Notes under the pieces: generated by a model
What the model was told of the DNA's origin: nothing
The model's database searches: none
The model's input: only the letters and a program-made list of their open reading frames with translations
Made by a program: the position numbers and the translations under genes
Source: Eledone cirrhosa
Lineage: Eukaryota
Direction of reading: 5' to 3'
NCBI GenBank assembly: GCA_964016885.1
Contig: OZ024742.1
Span: forward strand, 22,754,001-22,818,000
Length of the DNA: 64,000 nt
Shown: in pieces, positions 38,299-54,265 of the stretch
How positions within the stretch are numbered: position 1 is the first letter of the stretch
Layout of the letters: each line of letters opens with the position of its first letter

Positions 38299-39690
38299 GA
38301 GTCTAAGTCATTGATGTTATTTAACTGGAAAGTTTGTTGTTGAAATGAATATCAAGCCACTACCTGCAGCCTCAGATATTCAGGACGTATCGGAGGGTTC
38401 TTGCTGTTCCCAGCAACCATGTCTTTTGAAGTGTTCCAAAAAAGTGGGCTGAACTAATGTTCTTTAACCATCCTTGAAAACTCTTTGAGATAGTCCCTAG
38501 TGCTCCTATGACAATCGGGACGACCTTGACCTCATGACAGTCCCAAATCCTTTTAAATTCCCACTTTAAATCCTGGTATCGGTTAATTTTCTTCTCCTTT
38601 TCTTGCACTCTCGTGTCAAAGGGGGCAGGTTACATCTACAATCTGGCTTATGCTCATACCACTTCTCAGAATGTGGTAAATTGTTTTGTTTGTATAAATG
38701 CCAGTGAATCACCTTTCCTATCATATCATGTCTCCAGCCTTTATAGTGAGTCTGGGCTAGGTGTTTACACTCAGATACGATGGGAGCCACAGTCTCCTCC
38801 CTCTCTCCACAGATCCTACACAATGAGCTAGACTCCTCCTTGTCAATTTGGTGTTTCACCCACTTCGTTCTGAGAGCTTGCTCTTATTTGTACGTATAGT
38901 TATCCGTAACGCAAGGAAGCTGTTTGTAAATAAAAAAAAACATTAATCTGGATACCTAAATATGGAATGTTACGCGATGCCCCCCCCCCACACACACAGT
39001 CCCGTCGGACTGTGCAACCATTAACATTCCTCTTTTTAACCAGTTCCATGTCTGTGGATCTCTGAATTCCGTTTTCTTAAAGAAGGTGCTATGAAGGTTG
39101 CTCTTCCTCCTTGTTATTTCCTCCTTGGACATCCCCTGGTCTATTCTATTCTCCTGCAGTACAACTTTGATCATTGGTCCCCTACTGTCAGACACATATT
39201 TGTGCAGACGATTTTCTCCATCTGAACACAGTCCTCTATGCTGATAAGTCCTTTTCCACCTTCAGATCTTTTTAAGTAGAGTCTATCAACATCACTCCTA
39301 TTGTGTAACACGCTGTAGATAGTTATCAGCTTCCTAGTCCTCCTATCCATTTCTTTTTGTTCAGTAACATTCCATTTCTGAATTCCCGCACTGTACCTAA
39401 TAATAGACACAGCTCGGGAATTCACTGCACTTATGACATTCCTAATATTTAGATGTGATTTAGTATGTTCCTTACTCTCCTTATGTATTCAGATCTTATC
39501 AATTCCTTCATTTTATTGTTATTGATGTCATCTGCCTTCAGAACACCTAAATATTTGTATCCCTCTTCAGTGTCAATTTCCCTTATCATCTCACCTGTTG
39601 GTACCTGGATTCCGTTGCTTCTGTTCAATTTGCCCCTCTTCTTCCCCAGGACTCCACACTTATAAACACCAAATTCCATACATTGTGGGA
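38299..39690 (-). mobile_element. R4/Dong-like RLE non-LTR retrotransposon, 5'-truncated and decayed
   Basis: YKYLGV, DVDRLYLKRSEGGKGL, CRICGEREETV..IVSEC...RHD, EKINRYQDL...VVPIVIGALG; 3' end abuts (TAA)n. Confidence 0.85.
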
Positions 39691-39894
39691 CCAGAGGAGA
39701 GAGAAAGTAAAACAAGAGACAGGTACAGGAATGGTGACAAAGAGAGAGGGAGAGAGAAATAAAGGGAGAGAGATAGAGAGAGAGAGAGAGTGACAGAGAG
39801 AGTCGGAGAGAAAGAGAATAAAAGCGAGGCAGAATGCGCGCGAGAGAGAGAGGGGGAGAGAGAGAGGGAGAGATAGAGATAGAGAGAGAGAGGA

Positions 39895-39929
<35 letters not shown>

Positions 39930-40139
39930 TAATTTGCTATACACGAAGCGAACAACACAAACACAAGACTACATAAAATATGAAATATAGAAAAACAAAC
40001 AAAACTAAACAACAAAAACAACATATCCAGCTCATTGAAGTGAAGAACAGAAGGACAACGTATCAAAGTTTACATTTTAAGCTGATTATTAGACGATGCT
40101 GTGTAAGCAATTTAAAACATATCAGTATAGAGGGTGGAG

Positions 40140-40550
<411 letters not shown>

Positions 40551-40700
40551 TAATCAGTGAAAGAAGGATATCGATTTTGGTAACTAAGATATTAGTTTAT
40601 GTAGAGAAAATATTATATATAGACAATATTGATCTACGTACAAACAGGAGTAAAGAAATGGTTATGGCTGACTGGCACTATCAAGTGGCTATGTATGTAT

Positions 40701-40782
<82 letters not shown>

Positions 40783-41347
40783 CTGTGTGTTTGTGTGTGT
40801 GAACGTATGTATGTAAGCATGTATGTATGCATGTATCTAAGTATGTATGTATGTATTTATGTATGTATGCATGTATGTGTTCATGTATGTATGTATGTAT
40901 GTATGTAAGCATGTATGTGTGTAAGTATGTATGTATGTATTTATGTATGTATGTATGCATGTATATGTATGAGTATGTGTGTGTAAGTGAGTGATGGTTT
41001 ACATTTCACCTAGAGTGTACCAGGTTCTCTAACTTCAAAGATGTACTCAAGTATATTTTAGAACTTTTGAATTTCGATTCTATCATGTATGTATGTATAT
41101 GTATATATACATATGACAGTTGAAAATTGCAAATTTGGCTGTCACCACTGAATATGAACCTGAAGATTGTGAAAGCATGAAAGTACTTGTTCAATTAACA
41201 CTTAACATTTAATATTCTACCATACTATTTCATTATAATATTATTATAATTTTAAAGGATTGTAAATAAAACGAGTAAATCAGACAAAGTTGGAATTCCT
41301 TTTATTGATATAATCTTCTATACACAATCATACACACCCGTGTATAT

Positions 41348-41389
<42 letters not shown>

Positions 41390-41409
41390 AAAATACGTAC
41401 TATAACGTA

Positions 41410-41461
<52 letters not shown>

Positions 41462-42225
41462 TACGTTAAAGCTGTATGTGTTAGTCACATCAAAATACAC
41501 CTTGTCATACGATCCCATGTATAAATCGTAGTGAGTGTCTGAGCAAGATTGTTAAACTACAGAGCATAATTATTTCAATTCAGGTGATGAACCAAATGTT
41601 GGATGGAGTTCAAATCATTTATTTATTCATACGATTGTTTCGATTTATTGAAATGTAATTGTAGTCATCTATAAAAATTTGCCAATTAATTAATTAATTA
41701 AAAATTAATTAATTCATTAATTAATTATATCGATAAATATGGTAATTACATTTATATATCACATCGGGAAAGAAAAGTTCTAGTATTGTGGAATAATTGT
41801 CCCATTGCTGAGGAGGCGTGCGATGTACAGAGATACGTTCCTAACAGCTTATGTAAGAAAGGTTCAAAATGTAGCTTAGAAAGACATAAACATTAAGCAT
41901 TATAGACGTAAAAGTTGTACAGGATATTAGTCCACTCGTTGTAATGACTGTTCTCGTGTTCAAATACAACTTGAATGTATTTATAACATGTCAATACTCA
42001 ACAGGGACGTTCATTTGAATATATAACGTGTTTATCAAATACCCTATAAGAACGGTATTGAACTAAGCACTGTTTCAACATCTAGTTGCAGTCTGGAACT
42101 AGCTGTTGAAACGGTAAGAGCTCAACCGTTGGGCCCTAACTCTTTCTAATATAACCATAATCTACTATCCCAGGTATCGAGTACTCTGTTTTGTAATTAT
42201 CCATCCTAATATATATATATATATT

Positions 42226-42335
<110 letters not shown>

Positions 42336-42342
42336 TCCCCCC

Positions 42343-42380
<38 letters not shown>

Positions 42381-42444
42381 CGTAAAATAAGAAAATTCTT
42401 CAAAAAAAATGTTAAAAGAATTAACTTACTTACTTAAATTTTCA

Positions 42445-42524
42445 CTCCAACTAATTAGTTTCTGCAATGGGATAAAGACAATTACGTAATGAACTGTTGA
42501 GAATTTCATTGCGTCATCAGGGAG
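42445..42524 (-). ncRNA. hammerhead ribozyme (mirror copy)
   Basis: Reverse complement of 42977-43056. Confidence 0.75.
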
Positions 42525-42976
42525 GTCATTCTCAGCCAAGTCTCCAGGCAATGCGCGGACACTGGGGACTCATATAAAAATAATAATAATTCGGTAAATG
42601 GAACAGCTATCGAGGACTGGATTCCAGGTACTGAAAATTCTCACTGCCACTGGTCATATGGCCGATTCTAAAGAATCAATCACGTGACACAGAGGCTAGT
42701 CAGTAGGAATGGGATGGTAAGATGACAGACGCCTACTAACACCCCCCCAAAAAAATTAGAAGTGGTTTTGGCAGGTTTGCTCAACAAATCAGTGATTTGG
42801 AGATAAATATAGATAATTTAATATATCTACTAACATAAGCGCACAGATGTACGCTAATGCCAGCAAATACACAGGTTATGTCATAGTACCTAGGTGGTTC
42901 CATTTACCGAATTATTATTATTTTTATATGAGTCCCCAGTGTCCGCGCATTGCCTGGAGACTTGGCTGAGAATGAC

Positions 42977-43056
42977 CTCCCTGATGACGCAATGAAATTC
43001 TCAACAGTTCATTACGTAACTGTCTTTATCCCATTGCAGAAACTAATTAGTTGGAG
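42977..43056 (+). ncRNA. type I hammerhead ribozyme
   Basis: ctcc-CTGATGA-cgcaatg...cattgca-GAAA-ctaattag-TT-ggag. Confidence 0.75.
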
Positions 43057-43241
43057 TGAAAATTTAAGTAAGTTAATTTTATTTTAATTTTTTCAAAAGA
43101 ATTTTCTTATTTTACGTCTTTTATATTATTGTTCTGCATCCCCCTGCATTGAACCACCTAGGTACTATGACATAACCTGTGTATTTGCTGGCATTAGCGT
43201 ACATCTGTGCGCTTATGTTAGTAGATATATTAAATTATCTA

Positions 43242-43281
<40 letters not shown>

Positions 43282-44300
43282 CCATTAAAACTTTCTTGAC
43301 ATATTACTTCGTTACGTACAACTTTCAGTGCAGGTACTTAATAGAGCTTCTTTCACGTGTCTTAGTTTCACAGACTTGTACTCATAATTGTCATATACAA
43401 ACATCGACTAAATGAAAACAGGTAGCTTAATGGCTTTGTTGTTCGTGAATTCAGTTCCTGGCTGTGCGTTGTGTCCTTAAGTAAGACAATTAATTCCACA
43501 TTGTGTTGTACCTGTAAGTCTAAAGATCAGCATTGCCACGCACTCTGCCAGTTAAGTATAGCTGAATAACCCTCAGAATCATAGCAAGTGTACAGGTATT
43601 GTTGGAATACTCAACAACCCACAAGCTAATTTAGTTCTGGTTCCGAGAGTTTTATAGAACAAACGGTTTTTCTTCAATAGCAATTCTATCTCTCATCATT
43701 TCTGACGAGGCTTCGGTAAAATGAGTGCATCTTTTTTGATGAAATGTTTTATTTTACATATATTAAACGGTATGGTGTGGTATAAGCTGTTCTGTTGCTC
43801 AAACAAATGGAACACTCATCGTCGAAACCAACGATGGTCCATTACAGTTTAGTTATTTAAATAGAAATAAGATGGTGGTTTCAACGTAGACTGAGCCACA
43901 AACATTTTGCCTGTTAATACAACGTTGTGTGATTCTAATAATTAAAAGTCAATTCAAATTGAAAATCACCCTTGAAGCAATATATCTATCGAATAAATGA
44001 GATGATGGCAAGCCTTTTGAGGTTTGTTATTAAGAAACTCACCAGACGTTAGACAAATTATCTGTAATATATATATATATAGGTATTAAAGGTGCAAATT
44101 AATTGCATCTGTTGGAGGTATGACGAATGAACACTCGATGCTCTTGGGAAGCAGAATATCAATAATACTAATATATAAGAGAAAAAAGAATCAATGTTGC
44201 ATCGTATCAACAGTGAAACATATGTAATATGTAATTAAATATGTATATGATACAACACTGATTCTTTGTTCCCTTATATATTAATATTATATATATATAA

Positions 44301-44692
44301 GGCGGTGGATTGGCAGTATCGGTAGAGGGTCGGACGCCATGCTTTCCAGCATAGTTACGTCCCTTTATGATCTGTGTTCAAATCTCGCCGAGGTTGACTT
44401 TGCCTTTCATCCTTACGGGGTCGATAAAATAAAGTACCAGTAATGCACTGGGTAATTTGCTGGCCTTGTGCCTAAAGTAGAAACAATTATATATATATAT
44501 ATGGGGCGGTGAATTGGCAGTATCGGTAGAGGGTCGGACGCCATGCTTTGACGCATAGAGTTACGGCCCTTGCCATTCTGAGTTCAAATCCCGTCGAGAT
44601 TAACTTTGTCTTTCATCCTTACGGGGTCGATAAAATAAAGTACCAGTAATGCACTGGGTATTTGCTGGCCTTGTGCCAAAAGTAGAAACAAT
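44301..44692 (+). mobile_element. two tandem SINE family 1 copies (44301-44487 and 44503-44692)
   Basis: Consensus matches separated by (TA)n. Confidence 0.9.
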
Positions 44693-44768
44693 TTATATAT
44701 ATATATATTTGTATCCATACATATACATGCTCATACACTCTCTCATAATAGAACGACTAAGATTTTAA

Positions 44769-44800
<32 letters not shown>

Positions 44801-45512
44801 AAGTATATATATATACTTATATATATATATATACTTATATATATATATACACGCATATATACGTATATATATATTGCACACTACTACTTTCATAGTATAA
44901 TGCCTGCCATCTTTGACTCCTTTGAAAATAGGTGTTTGAATTTTTTTCGTTGTGTTTTTGTTTTTGTTTATCATTTTCTTTTTAAAATCGATCTTTGGTG
45001 ACATTTATAACAGCGCGGAGTACAATTGAATAATTTTCTTAAAATCATTCTACTTTGATGTATTCGATTTTTCTCTTTTCAAAAATAAAAAAACGGTAAT
45101 AATAGAAGAATAGAAAAAAAAATAGGAGTACACATTATAATTAACGGCAGTTGTGGGTCACTTTAGCGAATGACTGACCTTCGAGGCTATAATATAGTTC
45201 AGACCTCTGAAACTCTCTATAATTATTATTTTTTAAAACTAAGCTAATGGGTGTGCCAGCAGGAAGTTTACATTGTCTCATAATTGTCTTTAAAAATAAT
45301 CTAACGTTTTCCACTTTTTCTATTTCTCACTGTCTTTATATAATATAATTGTAGTGCAATCAATTGCTACGTACATGTATCATTTTGTAAATACACCAGG
45401 AGCAAACATCATTTATAATCTTCAAAAGCTAAGGTTTGAATTCTTTTGATTTTATTCAATCTGAGGAACACAGTTAACTCCTATTCTAAAACCGTTTTAT
45501 ATCATAAATCCA

Positions 45513-45700
45513 GGGGCCAGGGGATTCGCAGATTAAGTAGAGTGTCGGACAATATGTTTTGCGGTATATATCATAGCTACGTTGCTTTACATTTTGATTT
45601 CAAATTCCGCCGAGGTTAGCTTTGCTTTTCATCGATAAAATAAAGTACCAGTAACATGCTGTGGTCAATTTAATCGACTTTTCCCGTCACAAAATTTGTG
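45513..45700 (+). mobile_element. diverged SINE family 1
   Basis: TCAAATTCCGCCGAGGTTAGCTTTGC..GATAAAATAAAGTACCAGT. Confidence 0.75.
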
Positions 45701-46119
45701 GGGTGCAATATAGTATTAGTAATACAATATTTTTTTATTGTTTATTATGTTAAGGTGTCATAACGTTATGGCGGTTATTTCACATATTGAAAGAGCTTAT
45801 ACGTGCATACACAATCCAACCCAACCCTAAACAAACAAAGAGACCATCGATGTTGTAACCATCCCAAGTACACCATGTTTGGAACAGAAATCAGAGTAGA
45901 TCTCTGCTGAAATAACGTTAATGATAATCTTGCTCAATTGAGATTAACCTTGAGCTAAATAACAAGCAAAATAACATATGGATAATCCGAAATTATGTCA
46001 TTAAAGATAAGCCTTGTGTATATTATTGTGTCGTGGCTGTTATACGAACCATCACATTTTTGATTAACACTGAAACTTTTATCTATTCGACAATTAATGT
46101 TTGTTAGTCTCAGGCTGAC

Positions 46120-46238
<119 letters not shown>

Positions 46239-48595
46239 CACAACTTCGTAGACCGTCAGTGTTTTGTTGCTTTTCTTAAATGTGCTGCACATAATGATAA
46301 GATTAGTTTGGAACATCAAATGAGGCGAAAATATAATTTAACATTGAAATTTTACGACGAGTTAATGATTTCTTATAAACATGATATTGTAAAAGTATTT
46401 GGCGCCATTTCAAAAAGGTCATTGTTTCTTAAGTTGACCTCATATAATTGCATCCTTCACCCTTTACTAACCCATGTGCCCAGCTTTGATTTAAACATAG
46501 ATCTACATGTACCTAACTACTATAATTGCACTTTTATTGTCTATAATCTCAAGCAGAACAGTTGAACAAAATTATAGTAAAACAGCGGTGATGTTATAAG
46601 ATGTAAATGGCCTGAACAGAGTGATTTCTGTTATATATCCTGAAATAAAAGCACCCATTATCATTTTAGTATAATATGATTGTTCTCATTTATCTTCGAG
46701 ATCTTATCATCTCCAGAGAATTACTTTTTATTTTTATCCAATAGATACGGATAGTTTTCGTGTCAAACTGTAATGGCTTCCTCGATTTCGACCAAAACTA
46801 ATAGTAACTCATACTCCCTCATTGCTTTATATCACAAAGTAAATATCAGAAAAAGTAATTTTTTTTCATTTTCGTGTGCTTTGCATAAATGGATATCTAA
46901 GCAAACTTTTAAGTCAGAAACGTAGCTATATAGTCCAAGCCGGAGTACTTCGATGAGTGATGGGAAGTTAGATTTAGTGTGATGTATTGCAGTGTGTGAA
47001 TAGATATACAGAATCTTTTTTTATATAGCCACTGATACAAATCATTTGTAAGAAAAGAAAGAAAAATTCAAAACTATAATAACCAGTCAATTACGTATAA
47101 TCACATTGAGAAGAAAAATCACTACTTGTTTTAGTATTATCATTAACCTCACCGTGGAAATCAAATTTCTCTCAGCTAGAAAGAATCTTATCAATGGCGG
47201 ATTTGCTATTCACTATAAATAACTGAACGACATTCAAGAATCCAAAATTATTATTCCTTATAATAAATACATTTCCTAGTTTCTATTTATTTTTCCGTTT
47301 ATATACAATAGCAGCAAACTATTCCGTGTTCAATTAAACTCCCCGAATACAGGGAAGAATACATCAACTGACATCTTTATTTACATCACAAAATTAACTT
47401 GGTACAATACACAATGCAGTGTGTTTGTTGAGGAAAATAATTCAATGCATAAACATAATCATTGACATTTCTGCTGTTGCCCACTCACGGATATATTCCT
47501 TAATAAGGTATATATATACCTTTCTCCTTTTTCGCCGTGAAGATAATTAAGATTACATTTACTAATGTAATTAATCTCACATTTTACTAATGTTCTCAAT
47601 TTATTCTGGTCAAATGTTATGAGAGTTCGTTACCTTTACTTGAATTGTTTCTAATATAAAGAGTTTTTAAATTCTTTAATTGTTCAGTTTGGTAATTACA
47701 AGTCACCTGTATGGCTGCTGTAAAGTAATTAGAGTAATAGAGAAGTAAGTCTCTCACATAAATTAGGCATTAATTAGTGAGAAGTATCACTAAATTAAAT
47801 AGCTAAATATTAGCTTCGTTAGCTTCTCCTGAGAGAAAACGTCAGCACTATATTAGATGAGATGTATAAATGGTTTCTTATATCATGGAAAAATTCCAAT
47901 TTGTTCAAAGGAATGATATATACGAATGAATCATTAGATAATGTACCTGCAATTTATTCGTAAAATACTCTGGCATATCAACTGTGGCGGTGGAAAGAAC
48001 AAACGAAAGGCTAAGTGTTGCCTAATGGAATTTGAAATGGATTTACATTGATGAAGATAATAACCCTGTAATCTATTTAATCTGAAGGTTGTATTGTAAG
48101 TATTATCGTTAAATGGGTGGAAAGATATAGCTTGAATCTACAACTTCCAATGAGTTTGGATGCTATATCAACTCCATAAAGACATGCTTTTATATAACAT
48201 ATTACATGCTACATAAAAGCAGGAAAACCGGGTATCTGTTTAAGGAGCATTTAGAGATACAGGACTCTGTTGCAGCTTCGTTAATTTTGTCATTAATACA
48301 GCCTACGTTGCTGATTTGCACCTACTCATAATTACATTTTCAACGACTTCTACTTAATGGAACATTCGATACTTAAGTATATTGATTATACAAACATTAG
48401 ATGAACTAATCAATCAATCATGTTCTCTTAACTTGTGCGGCCAGTTGTTGGGGTACTATTCTAAACGTTTAACTGTATGTCCATTATGGAATTTCGGTGG
48501 GAATTAGACATGCTTGGCGGTGCTCATCTGCTCCTAAAGCGTATTATATATTATTATACTTATTATTATATTATAGGTCAGCTAATATATATATA

Positions 48596-48677
<82 letters not shown>

Positions 48678-48700
48678 TATATATATATATATATAAATAA

Positions 48701-48762
<62 letters not shown>

Positions 48763-50260
48763 ATATGTGTATGTATATATCATAGCTCGTTAATCTGCAA
48801 CTTTCAGATTACGTATACAAATGATTGATTAGTTAATATAGATTAGAAGCTACTGCACACAGTGTATGGGTGATCAGATTGTCAAACTACTGACAGTTGT
48901 ATCAACAGAAGAAGATACATAATAGTCATTTGTGTAAATATCTTGAGTAGATGCAGCTTATTGATGCAACATGCAACACTGCTATATTATGACTGACGAG
49001 TGTATGATCAGTTTTTACCCCCAGGTCGAAATACCCGTAAGTTTTGGTGAAGGCTACTTGGTACCTGCTTAATAGCGGTGTTGTTGTGTAAATACGCATG
49101 TATGCCTTGTTGATATTTCATCTATTTTGTCTCAAACTATCGTTTACAACGTGACATAAGATTCAGAGTAATGGCAGTGTCCATAACCAGTGACGATAAC
49201 CAATTTTTAATGTCACTGATATCGACGAGAGAGAGAAAAGTATCCTCAAATCATAGATATAGCTCAAATAATTGTAATAGATTTGATGGCAGCCAATGAC
49301 TAGATGATAGTGTTGAACTGGGTTACGTCAACCACTAAAGTGTTCCACAGCAACGAGCGACAAAAATAACGCAAGATGTCTCGTCCGTTGCTCTAACTAT
49401 TCATGCAATCCACTTCCCCGGATAAGTAGTTTATTGACCCATAACAAATACAAATCTCAGGCTTCTGCCTGCTAAAGGTATCCTGTAACCGAGTATAGCC
49501 TGCTTCATGGTCGAGTGCTTGGTGACTAATCCGGATCCCCTACCAGAAACTGATCTGGTGTGGAGGATAAGTGAAACCCCAACAGCCTCTGAGACAAGAG
49601 TTGTATAAAGAGCGGTTGAACTCCTCTGAGTCAATGGACTCCCACCCCAAATATGGGATAAATAATCTTACCAACCCGCAAATTGCCAAGCGTGGGGAGT
49701 ACCGCTACACTCCTGACATTATCAAAATGAAGAGCCGTAGAGTTGATCCAAGAAGGGGTTCCACCAACAGGGGTGAGAAGGCGTGGATAGGATTAGAAAA
49801 GATAAAAACGAAAGTCGACCTCCACATGATTTGAAAGCAGAGGATACAAATCAAAAGAAAGGGAAAAGATTTTGTTCGATTTTTTTTTTAATCGACTTTG
49901 TCAAATCGCTGCTTAATATAGTTCAATGAATTTTCTCCATCCTTCACCGCAATTATTTTATACAACAAAGACTTTCTTAACCGATAAAGAAGCACTTATA
50001 TCTTTTTTTTATTCGAAGTGAACACAATCGAGTGATTCCAATTCGCGATGGAGTGGGTGCTAATTATCGGAACCGTTCTTTTTGAGAGGTGAATTCACAG
50101 TAGCTGCAAGTGGAAAAAAACACGGAGACACTTTTAGATTCCAATCTTGTTTAGAACATGACAACATCTACAACAAATCTTTGACTCTGTTCATCATGGC
50201 ATTTCGATAGGAATTAGACATGCTCGGCTTTTCCCATTTCTCTTCCGAGCGTATCATTAT

Positions 50261-50446
50261 GGTGGATTGGCAGTATCGGTAGAGGGTTGGACGCCATGCT
50301 TTGTCGCATTGAGTTACGGCCCTTGCCATTCTGAGTTCAAATCCTGCCGAGGTTGACTTTGCCTTTCTTCCTTACAGGGTCGATAAAATAAAGAACCAGT
50401 AATACACTGGGTAATTGCTGGCCTTGTGCCAAAAGTAGAAACAATT
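50261..50446 (+). mobile_element. SINE family 1
   Basis: Consensus match. Confidence 0.9.
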
Positions 50447-50628
50447 ATATATACTAGCAGAAAAAACCACCCGAGGGGTGGTTTTCTGCTAGCATGTGTA
50501 GTTTCTATATTGATATTATATGCAAGTATATATGCATGTAGATATTATACATCAAATAAAATCGTAATTGCAGTACACTGTCTTATGTAATCAGTAACGT
50601 AATCCATAATACATTAAAAAAGACGATA

Positions 50629-51479
50629 TCTCCTTATAATATATAACCAGCAATTTCTCTGTCTGTCTGTCCGACAGTGGAAACACGTGCGCGCGTGGTT
50701 GCTATCTCTCTCTCTCTCCAGCTATCCCTCTCTTTTAGTCTGTCTCTTTCTCTCACTCTCACTCTTTCTCTTTGTAACACACTAACATTCCTCCCCTCTA
50801 TCGCTGTGACGAATGGGGAGATGGACGAGGAGGAGGAGGAGAGAGCCACTTCGTCACTTCACCTCTGCCTTTCTTTCTCTCCCCTCTCACTCCCTCATTA
50901 CGTACAGACATTAGGGCGGTGGATTGGCAGAATCTGTAGAGAGTCGGACACCATGCTTCATAGCATGGAGTTACGTCCCTTTACGGTCTGAGTTCAAATA
51001 CCGCCGAGGTTAACTTTGCCTTTCATCCTCACGGGGTCGATAAAATAAAGTACCAGTAATGTACTGGGTAATTGCTGGCCTTGTGCCAAAAGTAGAAACA
51101 ATTATTAGAAACATTGCTTCATTTTTACATATCTAAGCATTAGTAAAATAACTAATAATTTCAAAAGTAATTTTTCAATTCCAATTGTTATGAACAGCAA
51201 AACATTAATAATAATTTTGTTCTAAGAAATATATATACATTTCTGTGTGTGTAATATATATATATATATACACACACATAAATATATATACATTTCTGCG
51301 TGTGTAATATATATATACACACAGAAATATATATACATTTGTGTGTGTGTAATATATATATATATATACACACACAGAAATATATATAGATACACACAGA
51401 AATATATATACATTTCTGTGTGTGTAATATATATATATATATATACACACACAGAAATATATATACATTTCTGTGTGTG

Positions 51480-51516
<37 letters not shown>

Positions 51517-52069
51517 GAAATATATGGGCATTTCTCTTTTTGTCTGTCTGTCTGTCTGTCTGTCCTTCCCTAAAACTCAAATGTAGGTGCTACAGAAATA
51601 TTACCTTCCCCTTCCTTTCTCCACTTTGGTACTACCAAGAGAAACACTGTCGCTATAGAAACATTACCTTCCCCTCTCGACTGACTTTGGTCACTGAGGC
51701 CGAGGGAATCGCTGGTTGCTATAGAGACACCTTGCACAAGCCAGAAGTAACCAGTTCGAGGCGGTTCTGACTTGACACCATGCCAAGGACCATTTGAAGA
51801 TATATTTCCATCGTTATATCATAACGTTTATGTATCATAACGTTTATATCTCCGCCACTAATCTCTTTTTCTCCCTTTTCGTTTTAACATATATTTATTT
51901 CAAAGATTTCACCGTATAGATAACATATATATTTATACATGCATAAAAGACACACCGAGAGACGGTGAACATGTGGTGCCGAAAACATTTCTCATCCAAA
52001 TCTCAACAATATCAGTATATACACTAGATCTGTTAGCAGAAAACCGCCCACCGGGTGGTTTTCTGCTAG
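50629..52069 (+). mobile_element. non-autonomous Helitron-like element containing a SINE (50914-51103) and a minisatellite (51225-51520)
   Basis: 5' A|TCTCCTTATAAT..(TCTG)n; 3' hairpin AGCAGAAAACC..GGTTTTCTGCTAG; the same hairpin occurs at 50454-50491. Confidence 0.6.
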
Positions 52070-52657
52070 TCTATATATATAAAACTGAGGATGTCTGTCT
52101 GTGTGTGAGTTTGAATCCCTACAACTAGAGAAGTACCCAACCGACTGTTTTCAAACTTTACACATGTAATACTTATGTTTCAGGGAGTGTTCTGAGCAAA
52201 AATAATTTCAAATTTTCAATGCTCTAGGGATTGCATTAGGTGATTTACCGACCTCTCTCTATAATTCTAGGTCTTTCTCTTTTTAGATAGATACATACAT
52301 ATAACGTCGCGCTCTTATAATGTCTGTCTGTATGTCTGACTGTCTGCATTACGTCACTTCCTACAATTCGCTCAGCGTCCAAAACGCGCCCTTATAATAT
52401 CTGTCTGTATGTCTGGCTGTCTACCGCATCCGGTTATTCCGCCACCCTTGCCCAAGACAACTCTCACACTCATCCCCCAAACAGTTGGTAAGTGCACACA
52501 ACTTCTTCGTCACGTTTTAGGCCACAGTGTTGCTTACTTACGTACCACCAGACCCTTACTTCTTTGCCAGCCGTGGTTGTGGCATTACTAAGCTTAGCTA
52601 AGGCGGTTATATATTTCACAATACCTTATCTCGTGCAACGCCGGGTACCACTGTTAG
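52070..52657 (+). mobile_element. non-autonomous Helitron
   Basis: TCTATATATATAAAA..GTCTGTCTG start; end GTGCAACGCCGGGTACCACTGTTAG|T (CTAG-like). Confidence 0.72.
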
Positions 52658-52936
52658 TTATATATAAACTGCATTAGGAGAAAATTAGTGACGGAAATAT
52701 ATGAATGTTTATTTAAGCGATCGCTAACCGGAAGTGTTCACATTTGAAAATTTTAAAGAAGTGAATCTTAAAATAACCAACAAAATTGTTTATATTTAAT
52801 CAAGAATAACGAAATTTAGTAGATAAATTATGTAATATTCATTCATTATTTATTCAAAGTAATCCAAATTATTTTACAAACTGGATAAAAAATATATTCT
52901 GGACGCAATCCCGCACTCCTTACTTTATTATAGTTA

Positions 52937-53604
52937 GGGCAGTGGTTTGGCAGAATTGGTAGAGCGTCGGACAACATGCTTTGTGGCATAGAGGTACGGC
53001 CTTTTACGTTATGAGTTCAAATCCCACCGTGGTTAGCTTTGTCTTTCATCCTTACGGGTCGATAAAATAAAGTACCAGTAATGCACTAGGATCGATTTAA
53101 TCAATTTTCCCTCTCCTTTCAAATTGCTAGTCTTGTGCCTAAAGTAGAAACAATTATACATATATTATTAGAGCGATGGTTTGGCAGAATCTATAGAGCA
53201 TCTGTCAATATACTTTGCAGCATAGTGTTATGGCCATTTACGTTCTAACGTCAAATCCCGCCGAAGTTAGGTTTGTCTTTCATCCTTACGGGCTCGATAA
53301 AATAAAGTACCAGTAATGAACTGGTGTCGATTTAATCGACTTTCCCCTCTACCTTCAAATTGCTGGCCTTGTGTCTAAATCGGAAAGCATTATATATATA
53401 TTATATATATTAATATATTTGTTTCTACTTTTGGCACAAGGCCAGTAATTACCCAGTGCATTACTGGTACTTTATTTTATCGACCCCGTAAGGATGAAAG
53501 GCAAAGTCAACCTCGGCGGGATTTGAACTCAGATCGTAAAGGGACGTAACTATGCTGGAAAGCATGGCGTCCGACCCTCTACTGATGCTGCCAATCCACC
53601 ACCC
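52937..53604. mobile_element. cluster of three SINE family 1 copies (52937-53155 +, 53171-53392 +, 53418-53604 -)
   Basis: Consensus matches; the first two are a longer variant with GATCGATTTAATCGACTTTCCC. Confidence 0.88.
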
Positions 53605-53683
53605 TATATATATTAATATATTACAACATATACATCATTACATATACACGCATTCACAGACATGCAGATACACCCACCCACAC

Positions 53684-54003
<320 letters not shown>

Positions 54004-54069
54004 AATATATATATATATATATTTGCGATCCAGAAAACCATATATATACCAAAAAAATATATATGTATA

Positions 54070-54159
<90 letters not shown>

Positions 54160-54199
54160 ATATATTAATAAATGGAAACTATATTTATAAAACCATAAT

Positions 54200-54265
54200 T
54201 ATTTTATTATATATATTTCAAGGGCGACCAAGATAAATTATGGTGCGCTTTCATCAGATAAAATA
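54200..54265 (-). ncRNA. type I hammerhead ribozyme
   Basis: tattttat-CTGATGA-aagcgcacca...tggtcgccctt-GAAA-tatata-TA-ataaaata. Confidence 0.8.

Larger units (their letters stand above)
42375..43245. repeat. interleaved double inverted repeat with hammerheads
   Basis: Pair A: 42375-42604 vs 42897-43124. Pair B: 42808-42900 vs 43151-43242. Confidence 0.88.
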
